A stretch of DNA of 64,000 nucleotides, taken from NCBI GenBank assembly GCA_963708295.1, contig CAVPSJ010000015.1:32001-96000 (forward strand), given 5' to 3'. Numbering within the stretch: the first letter of the stretch is position 1; each line of letters begins with the position of its first letter. The position numbers and the translations under genes are program-made. The notes beneath the pieces were generated by a model, which worked only from the letters and a program-made list of their open reading frames with translations, searched no databases and had not been told where the DNA came from. Shown in pieces: positions 22,235 through 34,419 of the stretch. The stretch is from an uncultured delta proteobacterium. Lineage in GTDB: Bacteria; Desulfobacterota; BSN033; UBA1163.

Positions 22235-22962
22235 TTAATGTTTGGATCGAGGCCGCTTTCTTCTTGGCTTCGTAGAGTTCCTGCGCCCGCTTGGGCCCAT
22301 AGTACCATTTGGCATGGTGTTCCGCCGCATAACTGGCGGAGGTGTACCCGAAACGCATGCTGACCAAGGCCGCCCACATGAGCGGGTGAGCCAGGGCGAG
22401 ATAAAGGTGCACGATGAACATGCAAACGGCGGCGATCATGGTCAGGTCGTGCAGCCATCACCATCAACCGGAAAATATCGGCGGGCACGAGCCCTTTGCC
22501 GAACCACATGCACCAGGCCGGTGACCACAAACAGAATCCAGGTCAGAATCATGACCACCCCGTTCATCTTCTCGCCGGTGTTGAACCGGCCCTGGGGGGG
22601 CATGATCCGTATGCCGGCCCAGCACATAGTAGCCAAAGGCGTTTTTCATCCAGCCGATGTCGTCCCGCTCGAAGCCGAACTCCTTGATATGCATCCACAG
22701 CCGGCGCGGCTGCAGGATCCCGTAAATGACCGGCTCCCCGATAAACAGGATCGCCGTCAGCCGGTGCACGAGCCGCATCCACTCTCCCGCCTCCCCCTGG
22801 GCGAGGGGTTTTAAGAAGTCGAGATACAGCACCAAGCCGGTTACCACCAGGGGGACAAAACTCACGGTGTGAACCCAGTGCAGGAGCCGCTCCACAAAGG
22901 TGTATTTGGGGATCCAGCGAATCTGAAAGACGTGACCCGGTGTTTGTGTCTTGTTCGTTCAT
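22235..22962 (-). CDS. fdnI: formate dehydrogenase cytochrome b (gamma) subunit (frameshifted; 3' end approximate)
   Basis: 'ERLLHW', 'RLVHR', 'PPQGRFNTGEK', 'HLYLA' and 'HHAKW' heme-b motifs; ATGA overlap with fdnH. Confidence 0.85.
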
Positions 22963-23770
22963 TCCACATCCTCCATTTTGATGTTGCGGCGAATGATCAC
23001 CCAGGCCGCCAGCACACCCAGAATCGGTTCCTCCCATCGCGACCTTGCCCAGGGGATGAACGATATCCTGCCAGAGGGTGGCAAGAATAGGGATATTTGG
23101 GATAAGCGGGGAGCCCGTAGGCCTGCGGCTTTTCGATGAGCACATACAAACGGCCGAGCCCACCGACCAAGTTTTCTCCGTACAGATTGGCATTCCTAAA
23201 TCCCCGCGCCTGAAGGACTTCGACGCGCTTCTTGCCGGCGGCAATCATTTTATCCCGGTCTCCCCAGAAGAGCGCGCCGGCCGGGCAGGTTTTCACACAG
23301 GCCGGGATCAGGCCGTTATCCGTCCGGTCCTGGCAGAAGTTGCACTTGGATACCTTGGCCTGGCCGGTGAGGAGATTGGAGACTTCCAGTTGGGGCACAT
23401 CAAACGGACAGAACTGGGTGCAGTAGCCGCAGCCGTTGCAGAGATCGGGTTCCACCGTGACCCGGCCGTCGGGTTGCTGTTTCAGGGCGGCGGTGGGACA
23501 GGAGTGGACGCAGGCCGGATCCCCGCAGTGCATGCATCCCTCTTTCAGGAAGAGCCAGCGGAATCCATCGGGCCCTTCATATTCGTTGAATTTGATGCGC
23601 GTCCAGGTTTGCGGAGACAGGCGGGGCGGGTTCTCATAGCTTCCCGTGTTTTTCGTGTGCGAATATCCCCAGCCTTCCAGATCGTTCCACTGCTTGCAGG
23701 CGACCTGGCAGCCGCGACAGGCGGTGCATTTGGATTCGTCGATCAACATCGCTTTCCGTAGCATAACCAT
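22959..23770 (-). CDS. fdnH: formate dehydrogenase 4Fe-4S (beta) subunit
   Basis: CTACRGCQVACK, CMHC.DP.C...CP, CNGCGYC...CPF and KCNFC...PACVKTCP; C-terminal TM reached after a frameshift. Confidence 0.92.
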
Positions 23771-23782
23771 GGTCATCCCCTC

Positions 23783-26700
23783 CTATGCCTTCTTCACATC
23801 GACAAGAAATGCTTTGTATTCAGGAATGGTCGTGTTGCCGTCCCCCACGTGCGGGGTCAGGTCGTTGGCGATCGTCTCCTGTGGCCAGGCCTCCCCAGCC
23901 GAAATGCCAGGGCATCCCGATCTGATGAACGGTTTTCCCTTCCACCTGAAACGGCTTGAAGCGGCCGTTACGATCGCGACCGCCTGGATCTCTCCGCGGG
24001 CCGAACGAATTTTTACCTGATCGCCGTTTTGAATGCCTTTTTCCTTGGCCAGCTCTTTGCTCATCTCGATGAACATCTCGGGCTGGCATTCCGTGAGCCA
24101 TTCCAGCCATCGGGACATGCCGCCGGCCTGCCAGTGCTCCACCACCCGATAGGTTGTGGCCACAATGGGAAACTCCTTCGGCTTTCCCCAGTTGTCCCCG
24201 ATGCTCTTTCCCGCATCCGTTTTCCAGATTTTGATGACCGGATTATGCATCCGGGAAGAAAACGGGTTTTTCTCGACCGGCGTTTCCACCGGTTCGTAAT
24301 GCTCGGGGAAAGGGCCCTCGTTCAGAGGGGCAAAAAGCCCTCCCTTTCCGTCCACGCGCATGATAAAGGGGTCCTTGCCGCCGGGGTCGGTGGGAGCCTT
24401 GGTGGCAACGAAATCAGGAACATCATAACCCACCCATTTCTTCTGGGCCTCGTCCCACCAGATCAGCTTCTTGTCTTCCGCCCAGGGTTTGCCGTTCGGG
24501 TCGGCGGAGCACCGGTTATAGATGATGCGCCGGTTGGCCGGCCAGGAAAAGGCCCAGTAGGGATACATGCCCAGCCCGCCCGGGTCCTTCTGTCCCCGGC
24601 GCTTGGTCGCCGGCATCATCGTTCCGGTGCCGTCATCGGCAAGGGCAAAATAGCCGGCATAAATCCAGGTCCCGCACGCCGTCGTGCCGTTATCCTGCAA
24701 GACCGCGAAGGTCTTCAGGAGTTTCGCCCTTTTTCACCAGGATCTCGCCCTTGGGATCCTTGATATCGTCGAGGGCATACCCGTTCATCTCCCGAGCCAC
24801 CTTCTCGATATCCGATTTCTTTCCCATAATCCCATTTCAGATGCAGAATCGGATCGGGAAACGGGCCGGGATCGGAAGCATAGAGCTCCTTCAGCTTGAG
24901 GGCGATTAAATTCAGGATTTGATCGTCCGGCAGGGCCTCGCCGGGGGCTTCGGCCACTTTGGGCCGCCACTGGATCAGGCGCCCGCTGGTGACGATGCTT
25001 CCCGCCTTCTCCATGGCATCCGCCGCCGGGAGGATGAACACCTCGGTCTGGATATCCGCCGGCTTCACCCCGGGAGCCCGCCAGAACGAACAGGTTTCCG
25101 TGTCGACGATCTCCTGGATGACCATCCATTTCAGTTTCTTCAGGGCTTCCCGTTCCAGCCGGGAATTGGGCCCGCTGACCGCCGGGTTCTGTCCCATGAG
25201 CCACAGGCCCTGGATTTTTCCCGCGTACATGTCCTCGAAATAGGCTGATCCAGTAATGATGGGCGGGGTTTTCAACTTTGGGCAGATAGTCGTAGGCAAA
25301 CTGATTCTCGGCGGTGGCGTGGTCTCCCCACCAGGCCTTGAGCATGCTGACCAGAAATTTCGGCTTGTTCGACCAGTAGCTCGTCTTGGGGGTCTCTTTT
25401 TCGATGTAGGCGGCAAGGGTGGGATTGTTCGCGCGGCCCTCGGAATGCCCACATATCCGGTGACAAGATGAGCCAGGACTCCCTGGTCCGTTGACCCCTG
25501 GACGTTCGATTCCCCGCGCAGGGCATTCACGCCGCCGCCCGGCCTCCCGAGGTTTCCCAGCAGCAGCTGGACCATGGAGATGGCACGCACGTTCTGCGAG
25601 CCAACGGTGTGCTGGGTCTGCCCCATGGCATAGAGAATGGTGCCGGTTTTTTCCGGAGCCCCGGTGGAGCCGAACAGTTTGTAGGCCGCTTCCAGCTTGT
25701 CCTGGGGACAGCCCGTGATCCGGGAAACTTTTTCCAGGGTGTAGCGGGCGTAGTGTCGTTTCATGACCTGGAATACGCAATTGAGGGTTCTGCAGGGTCT
25801 CGTCCCGAAGCGGGTTGCCCGCGGCATCGGTCTGGTACTTCCAGGTACCCCGGTCATAGACGCCGAATCCGTCTCCGTCCTCATCCACAAAACCTGAAAA
25901 GAGGCCGTCGAGATCCGCCGGCCCTTTAAACTCGGGAACGAGCAGGATTGCCGCGTTGGTATAGTGAAGCACATACTCCTTGTGGTACAGATCCTTGTCG
26001 ATGATGTATTTCATCATTCCGCCGAAAAAGGCGATGTCCGTGCCGCTGCGGATGGGCACGTAAAGGTCGGCCTGGGAAGCCGAACGGGTGAAGCGCGGAT
26101 CCACCACGATCAGCTTGGCGTCCCGCTCATCCTTGGCTTTATTGATCCATGTCATGGCCGCGGGATGATTTTCGGCGGCATTGGACCCGTCCATCATGAT
26201 GACATCGGCATTTTTCAGGTCCACCCAGTGATTGGTCATCGCCCCACGCCCTAATCCTGCGGCCAGACCGGCCACGGTGGCGGAGTGTCATATCCGGGCC
26301 TGGTGCTCGAGATAGACGACCCCCAAGGCGCGGTTCAATTTGCTCGCCAGATAGCATTCTTCGTTGTTGTGGGCGGCCCCGCCCAGAAACGCGATGGCAG
26401 GAGTGCGGTTGACGGTTACGCCCTTGGCGTTGGTTTTCTGAAAAGTGGCGTCCCGAGTGGCTTTGATCCGCTTGGCCACTTCCGTGATCATCCAATTCCA
26501 GTCCTTTTCCACGAATTTATCGCTTCCCGGGGCCCGGTAAAGGGGCTTCTTCAGCCTGAGCGGGCTCTGGGAGAGCTGCGCGTACGGAGATGGATTTTGG
26601 ATCCAAGGCGCCCCGGTTCTGGGGATTGTCCGGGTCGCCCTCGGCGTTGATGATGTGGCCGTCCGGACCTGTGGAAATCAACAAACCGCAGCCACACGAG

Positions 26701-26852
26701 CAGTACGGGCAGATGGTGGCCGCTTCTTTGATCGGTTTGTGCAGCGGGAAGCCCCTGATCTTTTCAGAGGACGCCGCCATACTGGAAGGTAAGAGAACCG
26801 ACCCCGCCGTGAGTCCTGAGAACTTCAGAAAATTCCGTCGAGTTACGTCCAT
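23783..26852 (-). CDS. fdnG: selenocysteine-containing formate dehydrogenase-N alpha subunit (Tat-exported; several frameshifts)
   Basis: TRRNFLK Tat signal, ICPYCSCGC, 'EHQARI-TGA-HSATV', GAMTNHW, ALRGESNVQG, GPFPEHYEP, PEYKAFLV. Confidence 0.95.
26259..26290 (-). promoter_or_regulatory. in-frame Sec UGA codon (26288-26290) and bacterial SECIS hairpin
   Basis: TGA CAC TCC GCC ACC, then the GTGGCC-GGTCT-GGCCGC stem-loop starting 13 nt downstream with G at the first loop position, as in fdnG/fdhF SECIS elements. Confidence 0.88.
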
Positions 26853-27607
26853 AATAGCCTCCTCATCCTGAAATCGATGGTCAGCGACTAATGGCTTGAG
26901 ATACAAAAGGGCCGCCCGTCCTGAATCCTGAAGGTAACCCCCCCCGGTCGTCGCTCCATTTGGAACCCCCTACCGGACTCCCGGTCTCCGCCAAGCGTAT
27001 CTTTCCAAGAATCGAATGTAAAACGATTGTTTTCTGTGTGATCCCCTATCCGTGGGCCAGGACTTAGCCTGGAAACAGGGAACGATTATACTGTTTGTTG
27101 GACTTCAAATTCCAATGGTGTCTTTTGAATTTGATACCTGCTCACCCCGACGTGCTGGAAAATACCAAGTTCTGCACCCAATGTCAACAAAAAAATACTG
27201 CACAAAAAAACTATTGCTTTTTAGTATGAAGGAGTTAGGATTGCAAGTCCTATCAGGGATAGGGGTGGTTCTTCCAGAGAATACATGGGGCGGCACTTTT
27301 CGAGAGCTCCTCCTGTGATGTTGTTCTCAGAGCATAGTCTCAGAATTAAATTTAATAGAGAAATCAGTAATATAGCCTTTTAAAGACCTAAAAAGACTTG
27401 TGGAATTTTACAACCCCCACCCTTATCTGACACTGTCGCCTCCCAAACCGACTGCTGAAAAGAAAAGCCCTTGACAAATGGTTATCGTTGAATAGAATAG
27501 CCCACAGGGGTTTTGAATAAGAATTCATGTGTCACCGAATATTTTCCGGGTTAAGTTTAGCCGCTTTGCCCAAAAGGAGGGGATAAAGCGAAGGGAGGAC
27601 CCTTGCC

Positions 27608-30303
27608 ATGATAAAAGGCGGCCTCAAACGAATGCTCAATCCTCAAACTGTCGCTCTGATTGGAGTCACTGAAAAAGAAGACACTCCTGGCAGGACACTT
27701 TTAGAGAACCTTTGCTCTTGGTCGAAAGATTCAAGAAAGATCTTTATAGTCAATCCTAACAGGAAGACGGTATTGGGTCATGAATGCTACCCTGAGATTT
27801 CGGCCTTGCCAGAGCACATCGATCTTTCAATTATTGTTACTCCTGCACCGACGGTCCCAGAAATCGTTGAAGAGTGCGGGAAGGTTGACACTGAAGGAAT
27901 TATCATCATTTCTGCGGGTTTTAGGGAAATCGGGGAGGAAGGTAGAAGACTAGAGGCTCAGATCAAGACGATCAGGGATCAATATGGAATGAGAATCATT
28001 GGCCCCAACTGTCTGGGTGTCATCAGACCCCACGTGGCTTTGAATGCTTCCATCTTGAAGGTCTTGCCGAAAGGAGGGAACATTGCCTTCATCTCCCAGA
28101 GCGGGGCATTGGGAGGTGCTGTTTTTGATTGGGCAATGCTTGCCCATGCCGGTTTCAGTATCTTTGCTTCTCTGGGATCGATGGTGGATGTTGACTACGG
28201 AGATCTCGTCGATTTTCTCAGCAGTGATCCCAATACCCGAAGCATCGTCTTCTACATAGAAGAAGGCATCGGGGATGCGAAGAAATTTGTCAGTGCAGTG
28301 AAAGGTTTTGCACGTTACAAGCCCATCATCGCTGTGAAACCAGGAAGATTTTCGGAGACGCCTAAGCCCAGCCTTTCTCATACAGGAGGAATGGTCCGTA
28401 GCGACCAGGTTTATGACGCGGCGTTCAGAAGAATGAGCATCGTCCGGGTGAAGGAGATCGCTGATCTGTTTAATGTGGTTCGAGTTCTCCAATCGAAGCA
28501 TCTTCCTAGAGGCCTCAGTCTCGGAATCGTCACGAATGCCATTGGGGTAGGTGTGATGGCAACGGATGCACTGATCGAATTGGGGGGACAACTGGCCTCG
28601 ATTTCAGAGGAGGGTTTTAAGGACCTCGACACGGTCTTACCCTCCTATTGGAACAAAGCCAACCCGGTCGATGTATTCAGTGACGCCGATGTTGAGAGAT
28701 ATCTCCGTGTCATCCAGGTTTTTCTCCAGGATCCTGAAGTGGACGGGATCTTGATCGTTTATACCCTACAGAAAACCCCTCAGCCGAAGGAGTTGGCGAC
28801 TGCGATCACAGATCTCGCGAAGAGGTCCTTGAAACCGATCATCACCGCTTGGATAGGTGGGAAAGATGTTCAAGAAGGAAGGGAGATCCTGTTTGAAAAT
28901 CACATCCCTACTTATGAGACGCCTGAGGATGCGGTGAAGGCATATCTTTGCTTGTATCATTATCGGCGGAGTCTCGAATTCCAATACGAAACCCCTGCAG
29001 AGCTGCCCGTTGACCAAGGCCCCTGCAAGAATAATCTCAAAGCCTTTATCCGCAGGGCTTTCAAAGAGGGGAGGATCGTTCTCAATGAGGAAGAGTCCAA
29101 CCGTTTCTTAACGACCTATGGAATTCCCACGATGAAATCTGAAGTTTCTCGAGATGTGGAGGATGCAATTTCTATCGCAAAATACATTGGATACCCCGTT
29201 GCCCTGAAGATCGTATCCCCGGACATCATCTACCGGATGAATGTTGGAGGAGTTGTCACGGGGATCAACTCTGAGGACGAACTCCGGAAAGAATTTGAAC
29301 AGTTAACGGAAAGGGCAAAGAGATACGCCCCAAAGGCAAGGATCGTAGGCGTCGCGGTTCAAAAGATGATCGAGAAGATCGATTATGAGATTTTCTTGGG
29401 GGCAAAAAAGGACAAAGATTTTGGCTCTGTCATTGTGATCGGAATAGGCGGGTTAGGAGTTCAAATATTCAAAGAATTTTCTATCGGCCTGCCTCCGCTT
29501 AATCAAGCGTTGGCCCGAAGACTCATGGAGGAGACAGGGGTCTACAAGATGATTCAGGGATACGGCCGGAAACCACCGGCCGATCTGAGGCAATTGGAGC
29601 AAATCATTGTCAGTTTTTCCAACCTTATTGTGGACTTCCCGGAAATTGGCGAGATGGACATTCAATCCCCTCGCCATTTCAAACGGTAAAGCCCTTGCCT
29701 TATCTGCCCGGATTATCATCGACAAAGAAAGCTTGGATTGTACCTCTCCCTATTCTCATCTCGTCATTACGCCTTATCCGACAAGATATGTGACGTCGTG
29801 GATGCTCCCGGATGGGACCGAGGTTCTCTTGCGGCCCGTGAAGCCAGAAGATGAACCCATAGTGAAAGAAATGCTTACTTCCCTTTCGGAAAGAACCCTC
29901 AAAGAGAGATTCTTTCAAGTGATCAAGAGCATCACGCATGAGATGCTGATCAAGTTATGTAATATCGATTACGATCGCGAGATAACCATCGTCGCCGAAA
30001 TAATGGCCGAGATCAGGGAAAATTCGCCGAGAAAAATTATCGGTATCGTGGGTCTCATGATCGACGCCGATTTCAAGAGCGGAGAATTTGGAGTGATCGT
30101 CCATGATCACTATCAAGGGAAAGGAATCGGGTATAAACTGATTGATGTGTTGATCGGTATTGCACAGGAAAAGGGACTCGAGGAGTTTTACGGAATCGTG
30201 CTGGCGAATAATCAGAAAAATGGTCCGGATGTGCCGAAAATTAGGATTTACGGCAAGGCCATTCGAAGAGGACCTCTGCAGGGTCACGCTGGTCCTGAAG
30301 TAG
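27608..30303 (+). CDS. bifunctional acyl-CoA synthetase (NDP-forming)-like / GNAT protein lysine acetyltransferase, Pat/YfiQ type (frameshifts near 29665 and 30220)
   Basis: CoA-binding domain (RIIGPNCLG, SQSGALG), ATP-grasp (GYPVALKIVSPDI), and C-terminal 'HLVITPYP..Y...LRPVKPEDE...IDYDRE...QGKGIG' GNAT. Confidence 0.88.
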
Positions 30304-30719
30304 TCTGAGGACTAAACTCTTCTTGCCGGGAGGTTTGCCTATTCGAGGATTGGGACTGCCTGCGGCTGACCTTTCGTCGAAAAGAAGGCCGTCCCCCGGA
30401 ATACCATCCCATGAAGTTCCCGATCGTGCGTTACCATCCAAGACATCCATATCGAGGACGGCTGGGCCGCCTACGGCAAGCTCGAAAAAGTTTGACCGAG
30501 TCCATTGGGCTGTAAGCTTTTGGGTCGAAGAAGCCGTCTCCGATCGTGAGGCCTCTCCAGCGGGATTCTATCTGCTCTGCCTGAGTACAGGGGACATCGC
30601 ATGGGAATCCATATCCACGGCCGGATAAACCCTTGCCTTTTCGAGTCGAGGACCTTGATATGTCCGAAAGAAATGTGACAGATTTCTAGACATCACGCGT
30701 TGCAAGAAAGGAGGCTCAC

Positions 30720-31061
30720 ATGAGTGAATATTTTTATCCCCTGGATGGCCGGAAGCACTACGAAGACCTGGAGAAGGCCCAGAAGGATATGTTCCAAGCT
30801 TTCAAAAACTTTAATTACGAAATCTTCGAGAAGGAAGGCGCCCTTCCCAGGAAGATAAAGGAGCTCATTGCTATTGGCGTAGCACACACGACTCAATGCC
30901 CGTACTGTATCGAGGGCCATGTCAGGGCTGCCAAAAAAGCAGGGGCAAGCGACCGGGAGATCGCAGAGGCCATTTTCGTCGCTGCTGCTCTCAGGGCGGG
31001 GGGCGCTTTTGCTCATTCGACCATCGCCATGAGGGTGCTCAATGAAGTGGACAAGAAATAA
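30720..31061 (+). CDS. carboxymuconolactone decarboxylase/AhpD family protein
   Basis: 'KELIAIGVAH..QCPYCIEGH' CxxC motif; RBS aaggagg. Confidence 0.9.
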   Translation: MSEYFYPLDGRKHYEDLEKAQKDMFQAFKNFNYEIFEKEGALPRKIKELIAIGVAHTTQCPYCIEGHVRAAKKAGASDREIAEAIFVAAALRAGGAFAHSTIAMRVLNEVDKK

Positions 31062-31212
31062 AGTGCCTGGCATGCCGAGAGGGAGCTAAAGTGACTAAAG
31101 GGAGGTCTCCAGATTCGGGGGCTTAGGATGCCTTGGAAAGGCAGAAACAGAAATTCTTCCTGTCGGGAAAAGACAGAAGTGGATTATTTCGCTACGAGAA
31201 GAAGGAGGTTCA

Positions 31213-31743
31213 ATGAAACCAGCGGAGGCTTTCTGCAAGAGAGCAATGGAAATGGGGGTTGGAGGAGCAAAGATCATTGACCCTGGTTCTATTGTGACGG
31301 CCGAGTGGGTAAGAATGAAATGCCAGTACGGATGCCCCGGGTTCGGGATGAGCCTTTGCTGCCCTCCCCGCACGCCTACCCCAGACATGACTCGCAAGGT
31401 GATCGACTCCTACCGGAAGGCCATCCTGCTCCATCAAAGATTAGTGAAAGGGGAGAAGAGGGGGGGAGGGAGAAAGACTTTCAGCAAAGCCGTCGTTCGC
31501 CTTGAAATCGAAGTCTTTCTCGAAGGGTATTACAAAGCCTGGAGCATGGGGTCCGGTCCGTGTGATCTTTGCAAAGAATGTAACCTGTCGGGTTCGTGCA
31601 GACACGGACTTGAGGCCAGACCTTCGATGGAGGCATGCGGCATTGACGTCTTCAAGACGGCAAGAGACAATGGGTTTCCCGTTGAAGTCGTTCGCACCCG
31701 GGATGAGGAAAGAAACATTTTCGCGTTGGTTCTAGTGGAGTGA
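31213..31743 (+). CDS. DUF2284 predicted metal-binding protein
   Basis: 'WVRMKCQYGC..G...CCPP', 'GPCDLCKEC...C.H...RPSMEACGIDVF.T' motifs. Confidence 0.88.
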   Translation: MKPAEAFCKRAMEMGVGGAKIIDPGSIVTAEWVRMKCQYGCPGFGMSLCCPPRTPTPDMTRKVIDSYRKAILLHQRLVKGEKRGGGRKTFSKAVVRLEIEVFLEGYYKAWSMGSGPCDLCKECNLSGSCRHGLEARPSMEACGIDVFKTARDNGFPVEVVRTRDEERNIFALVLVE

Positions 31744-31764
31744 TGAGGTACCGGACAGCATCTC

Positions 31765-32118
31765 CTCGTAATCATTCCTCTCATCCCTTCGTGGCCGCTT
31801 CCGCAAAAGTTGTCGCAGTGAAAAGGAAACGTGCCCACCTTATCAGGGACAAACTGCAGCCTGTTTACTTTTCCCGGGCGATGTCTATGTGAATTCCCAA
31901 GCCCGGACAATTGAATCCGTGCAACCTGTCCAGTGAAGTGAATTCCAATACCACGGGTACACCCTTCTTTAAAGTGATCTCTTCAGGCGAGTATTCAAAC
32001 TTCTTTGCCGTTATCTGAATCACCCGTTCATTTTCGGCTGCGACCAAGTAACCACTCATAGAAATCAGGGTGAAAGCTGCCAAAGCTCCATTGGGAGAGT
32101 TCTTGAGAACACTTCAAT
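31765..32118 (-). CDS. stand-alone cupredoxin (CuA/COX2-like) domain protein (frameshifted; ends approximate)
   Basis: 'ITAKKFEYSP..I.LKKG.PV.L..TS.D.LHGF', then 'HCDNFCGSGHEGM' CuA motif in the next frame. Confidence 0.75.
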
Positions 32119-32383
32119 TGATTCTATCTTGTTGATTTAGGTTTGAAACGGTGTAAGAAGGGAGATATTCAGGAATTACGCTTTCAGAAGGTACTCCTCG
32201 GAAAGAGGGGTTATGTATTACGAAAGGAAACCAGGAGGTCCGATTGAACAGTTCAAAATCATACCAAACACTTTCAACGGTTTGAAAACAGAAGATCTAT
32301 AACAGCTATTGAAATCCCTTTGGGGGAACCATCTGTTTTCTTTCGAATGATCGGTTACGGCGATCGGTAGTTGGGACAATTAC

Positions 32384-34378
32384 TCAAGCGGGAGTTGATA
32401 TGTCCGTCCGTAACGTAGCCACGGCAGATTCCACCAGCTTGAGTTTGGGTTCCTGATCGATGGCCGCATAGATCTCACGCATCACGCGATCGTCGATGTC
32501 CGCAGCGTTCTGCAGCCCGACCGGATAGCGTACCGTTACCTCAATCCCTGACGCCGTGATGTGCAAACGTGTCTTGGGCCTCAATTCAATCGCAGAGATT
32601 GATTGGAGTGTCTGCTCCATGTGGCGCATCTGTCGTTCTATCTCTTCGCGGTCATCCTTTAGAGCCGCGTCCACTGCGGATGTGATCCGTTCCTGGATCA
32701 TCCGGTAATTCCCCTCTGGCGAAAATGTAAGGCTGATCTCATGCCAGACGAAGCTTGTGCCCGGAATTTGCTTGAAGACGCTCGACGTGGGCTGGAACAC
32801 AACCGAGTTCGAGAAGGCCACCACCCGGCCGCTGGGTTGCGCATCCGTTCCGCCACTCCCAAGTTCGAGCAGATGGAACCTAACGATTCCTATGTCGACC
32901 ACTTCTCCAGTCACGCCGGCGATTTGCACCCGATCTCCGACTCGAATTCCGTATTTTCCGATCAGGAAGAAATAACCTGCCACGGAAAGGATCACGTTCT
33001 GCAACGCAACCGCCACTCCGGCCGTGAGGAGACCCGCGAAGGTAGCCACGGATCCAAGCTCGGTAGCGAGCGTGAAGGCGATGACTGCTCCGACCGCGAT
33101 CCAGATGACGATTTTGCGAAACAACAAAAATTGATATCGGCGGCGTGTTTCGTGTATGTAGCGGAAGATGGCTCTGCGCCAGGCCGCCCCCACAGCTAAA
33201 ATCGAGGCAATGATGATGACGAGCAAACCCAGCCGTATCAGAAAACTTCTCAACACATCACGGTACTCGTACCGCACCGCGTCCCGCCAGTTTGTGAGTG
33301 TCGTTTTATAAAGATTGAGCAGGATGGTTTGTTTACGGAGCGGCAACAGCCCGGATGAGGCCTGCTTAAACTGGGCCGTGAGAGCATCCATCTGCTTTTT
33401 CTGTTGCGCGAGAATAGCGGGGTCGTTGGAGGGGGGGCGGTCCGCAAGCTGATCTCCGCTCTGAATCAGACTTCTGAGGGTTGCCACCTGAGGGCCGCGC
33501 AATTGCTTTGCAGTTTGCACGAGATGATCGGTGGACTGAATCTGCTGACCCAGCGTATGTCCCTTGCGGGATAACCGGAGCAGGTCGGCTCCGAGCCCCC
33601 ATATCCCCGGGGCCTGTTGCCTGTTCAGGGAAGGTTGTATTCTTGCAGAGGTCTGGCCCGTTACGGGGCGCTCCGGCGAAGTCTCATCCGCGCCGCTCAG
33701 GGCAGCAGGTACCGAACGCGCCAACTCCTCGATCTGAGCCCGCAGGTCGGCGCCTCCCCTGCCGGTCCCGGCAGTAAACTGGAGGATGTCGCGAAGGGCT
33801 TCGCGACGAGCCTGGCGAAAGACCAGCTCGCTCTGCGTCTCTCCGATCAGAGACTCAAGGGCCGGGCGTTTTCTCTCGGGAGTGGTCGCCATCCTTTGTC
33901 GAAGTGACTGGAGTTCGTTCTGCGACTGTTCAACTTGCTGATCCGCCTTGGCGACCGCCTGGATCAAGCGTTGATGTTGGGAAGGCACGTTCGCCTGTTC
34001 TTGCGCCCGGCCGCCTTTAGGCTGCGACGATTCGTTCTTTTCTACGAGGCGCGCGAAGTCGAACGCAAGCTGCACGATCTCGCTGGAAGTCCGGCGGTTT
34101 TCATTCAGGAACGTGATGTCGCTCGGTTCATTTGCAATCTGCTGTTCGACGGCTGTTCCTCGGTACCAACTGATTGTTTCCGTCAAATACTCAATGATGC
34201 CGGGAACCTTGGAAGTACTTTCGGGGAGATTCTGCGAAGACGCCGGACTGCCACTCAGACATATCGCGAGAAAGGTTGCTAAAATTACGAGTCTTCGGTG
34301 AGAGGCTAGATCCATAGCAGAAATCGAACTCTCCATCTTGAAGATTCTTATGGGTACCTCCCGGAAGGTAAGAGGCAT
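32384..34378 (-). CDS. MscS-family mechanosensitive channel with long periplasmic coiled-coil N-terminus
   Basis: 'AGVAVALQN...AG......IRVGDRVQI.GVTGEVVDIG' MscS core; start uncertain. Confidence 0.88.
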   Translation of the reverse strand: MPLTFREVPIRIFKMESSISAMDLASHRRLVILATFLAICLSGSPASSQNLPESTSKVPGIIEYLTETISWYRGTAVEQQIANEPSDITFLNENRRTSSEIVQLAFDFARLVEKNESSQPKGGRAQEQANVPSQHQRLIQAVAKADQQVEQSQNELQSLRQRMATTPERKRPALESLIGETQSELVFRQARREALRDILQFTAGTGRGGADLRAQIEELARSVPAALSGADETSPERPVTGQTSARIQPSLNRQQAPGIWGLGADLLRLSRKGHTLGQQIQSTDHLVQTAKQLRGPQVATLRSLIQSGDQLADRPPSNDPAILAQQKKQMDALTAQFKQASSGLLPLRKQTILLNLYKTTLTNWRDAVRYEYRDVLRSFLIRLGLLVIIIASILAVGAAWRRAIFRYIHETRRRYQFLLFRKIVIWIAVGAVIAFTLATELGSVATFAGLLTAGVAVALQNVILSVAGYFFLIGKYGIRVGDRVQIAGVTGEVVDIGIVRFHLLELGSGGTDAQPSGRVVAFSNSVVFQPTSSVFKQIPGTSFVWHEISLTFSPEGNYRMIQERITSAVDAALKDDREEIERQMRHMEQTLQSISAIELRPKTRLHITASGIEVTVRYPVGLQNAADIDDRVMREIYAAIDQEPKLKLVESAVATLRTDISTPA

Positions 34379-34419
34379 GACCCGGTGTCATTTTTTGGTT
34401 GGACCGGCGATGCAAGGAA

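Noticed and set aside
26853-27300. Moco/Tuco riboswitch in the fdnG leader
   Set aside because: I could not identify the conserved multi-stem pattern by eye; an Rfam scan is needed.
23783-30303. Programmed ribosomal frameshifting in fdn and Pat genes
   Set aside because: The breaks are numerous, lack consistent slippery motifs, and fall in genes not known to need recoding apart from the Sec UGA.
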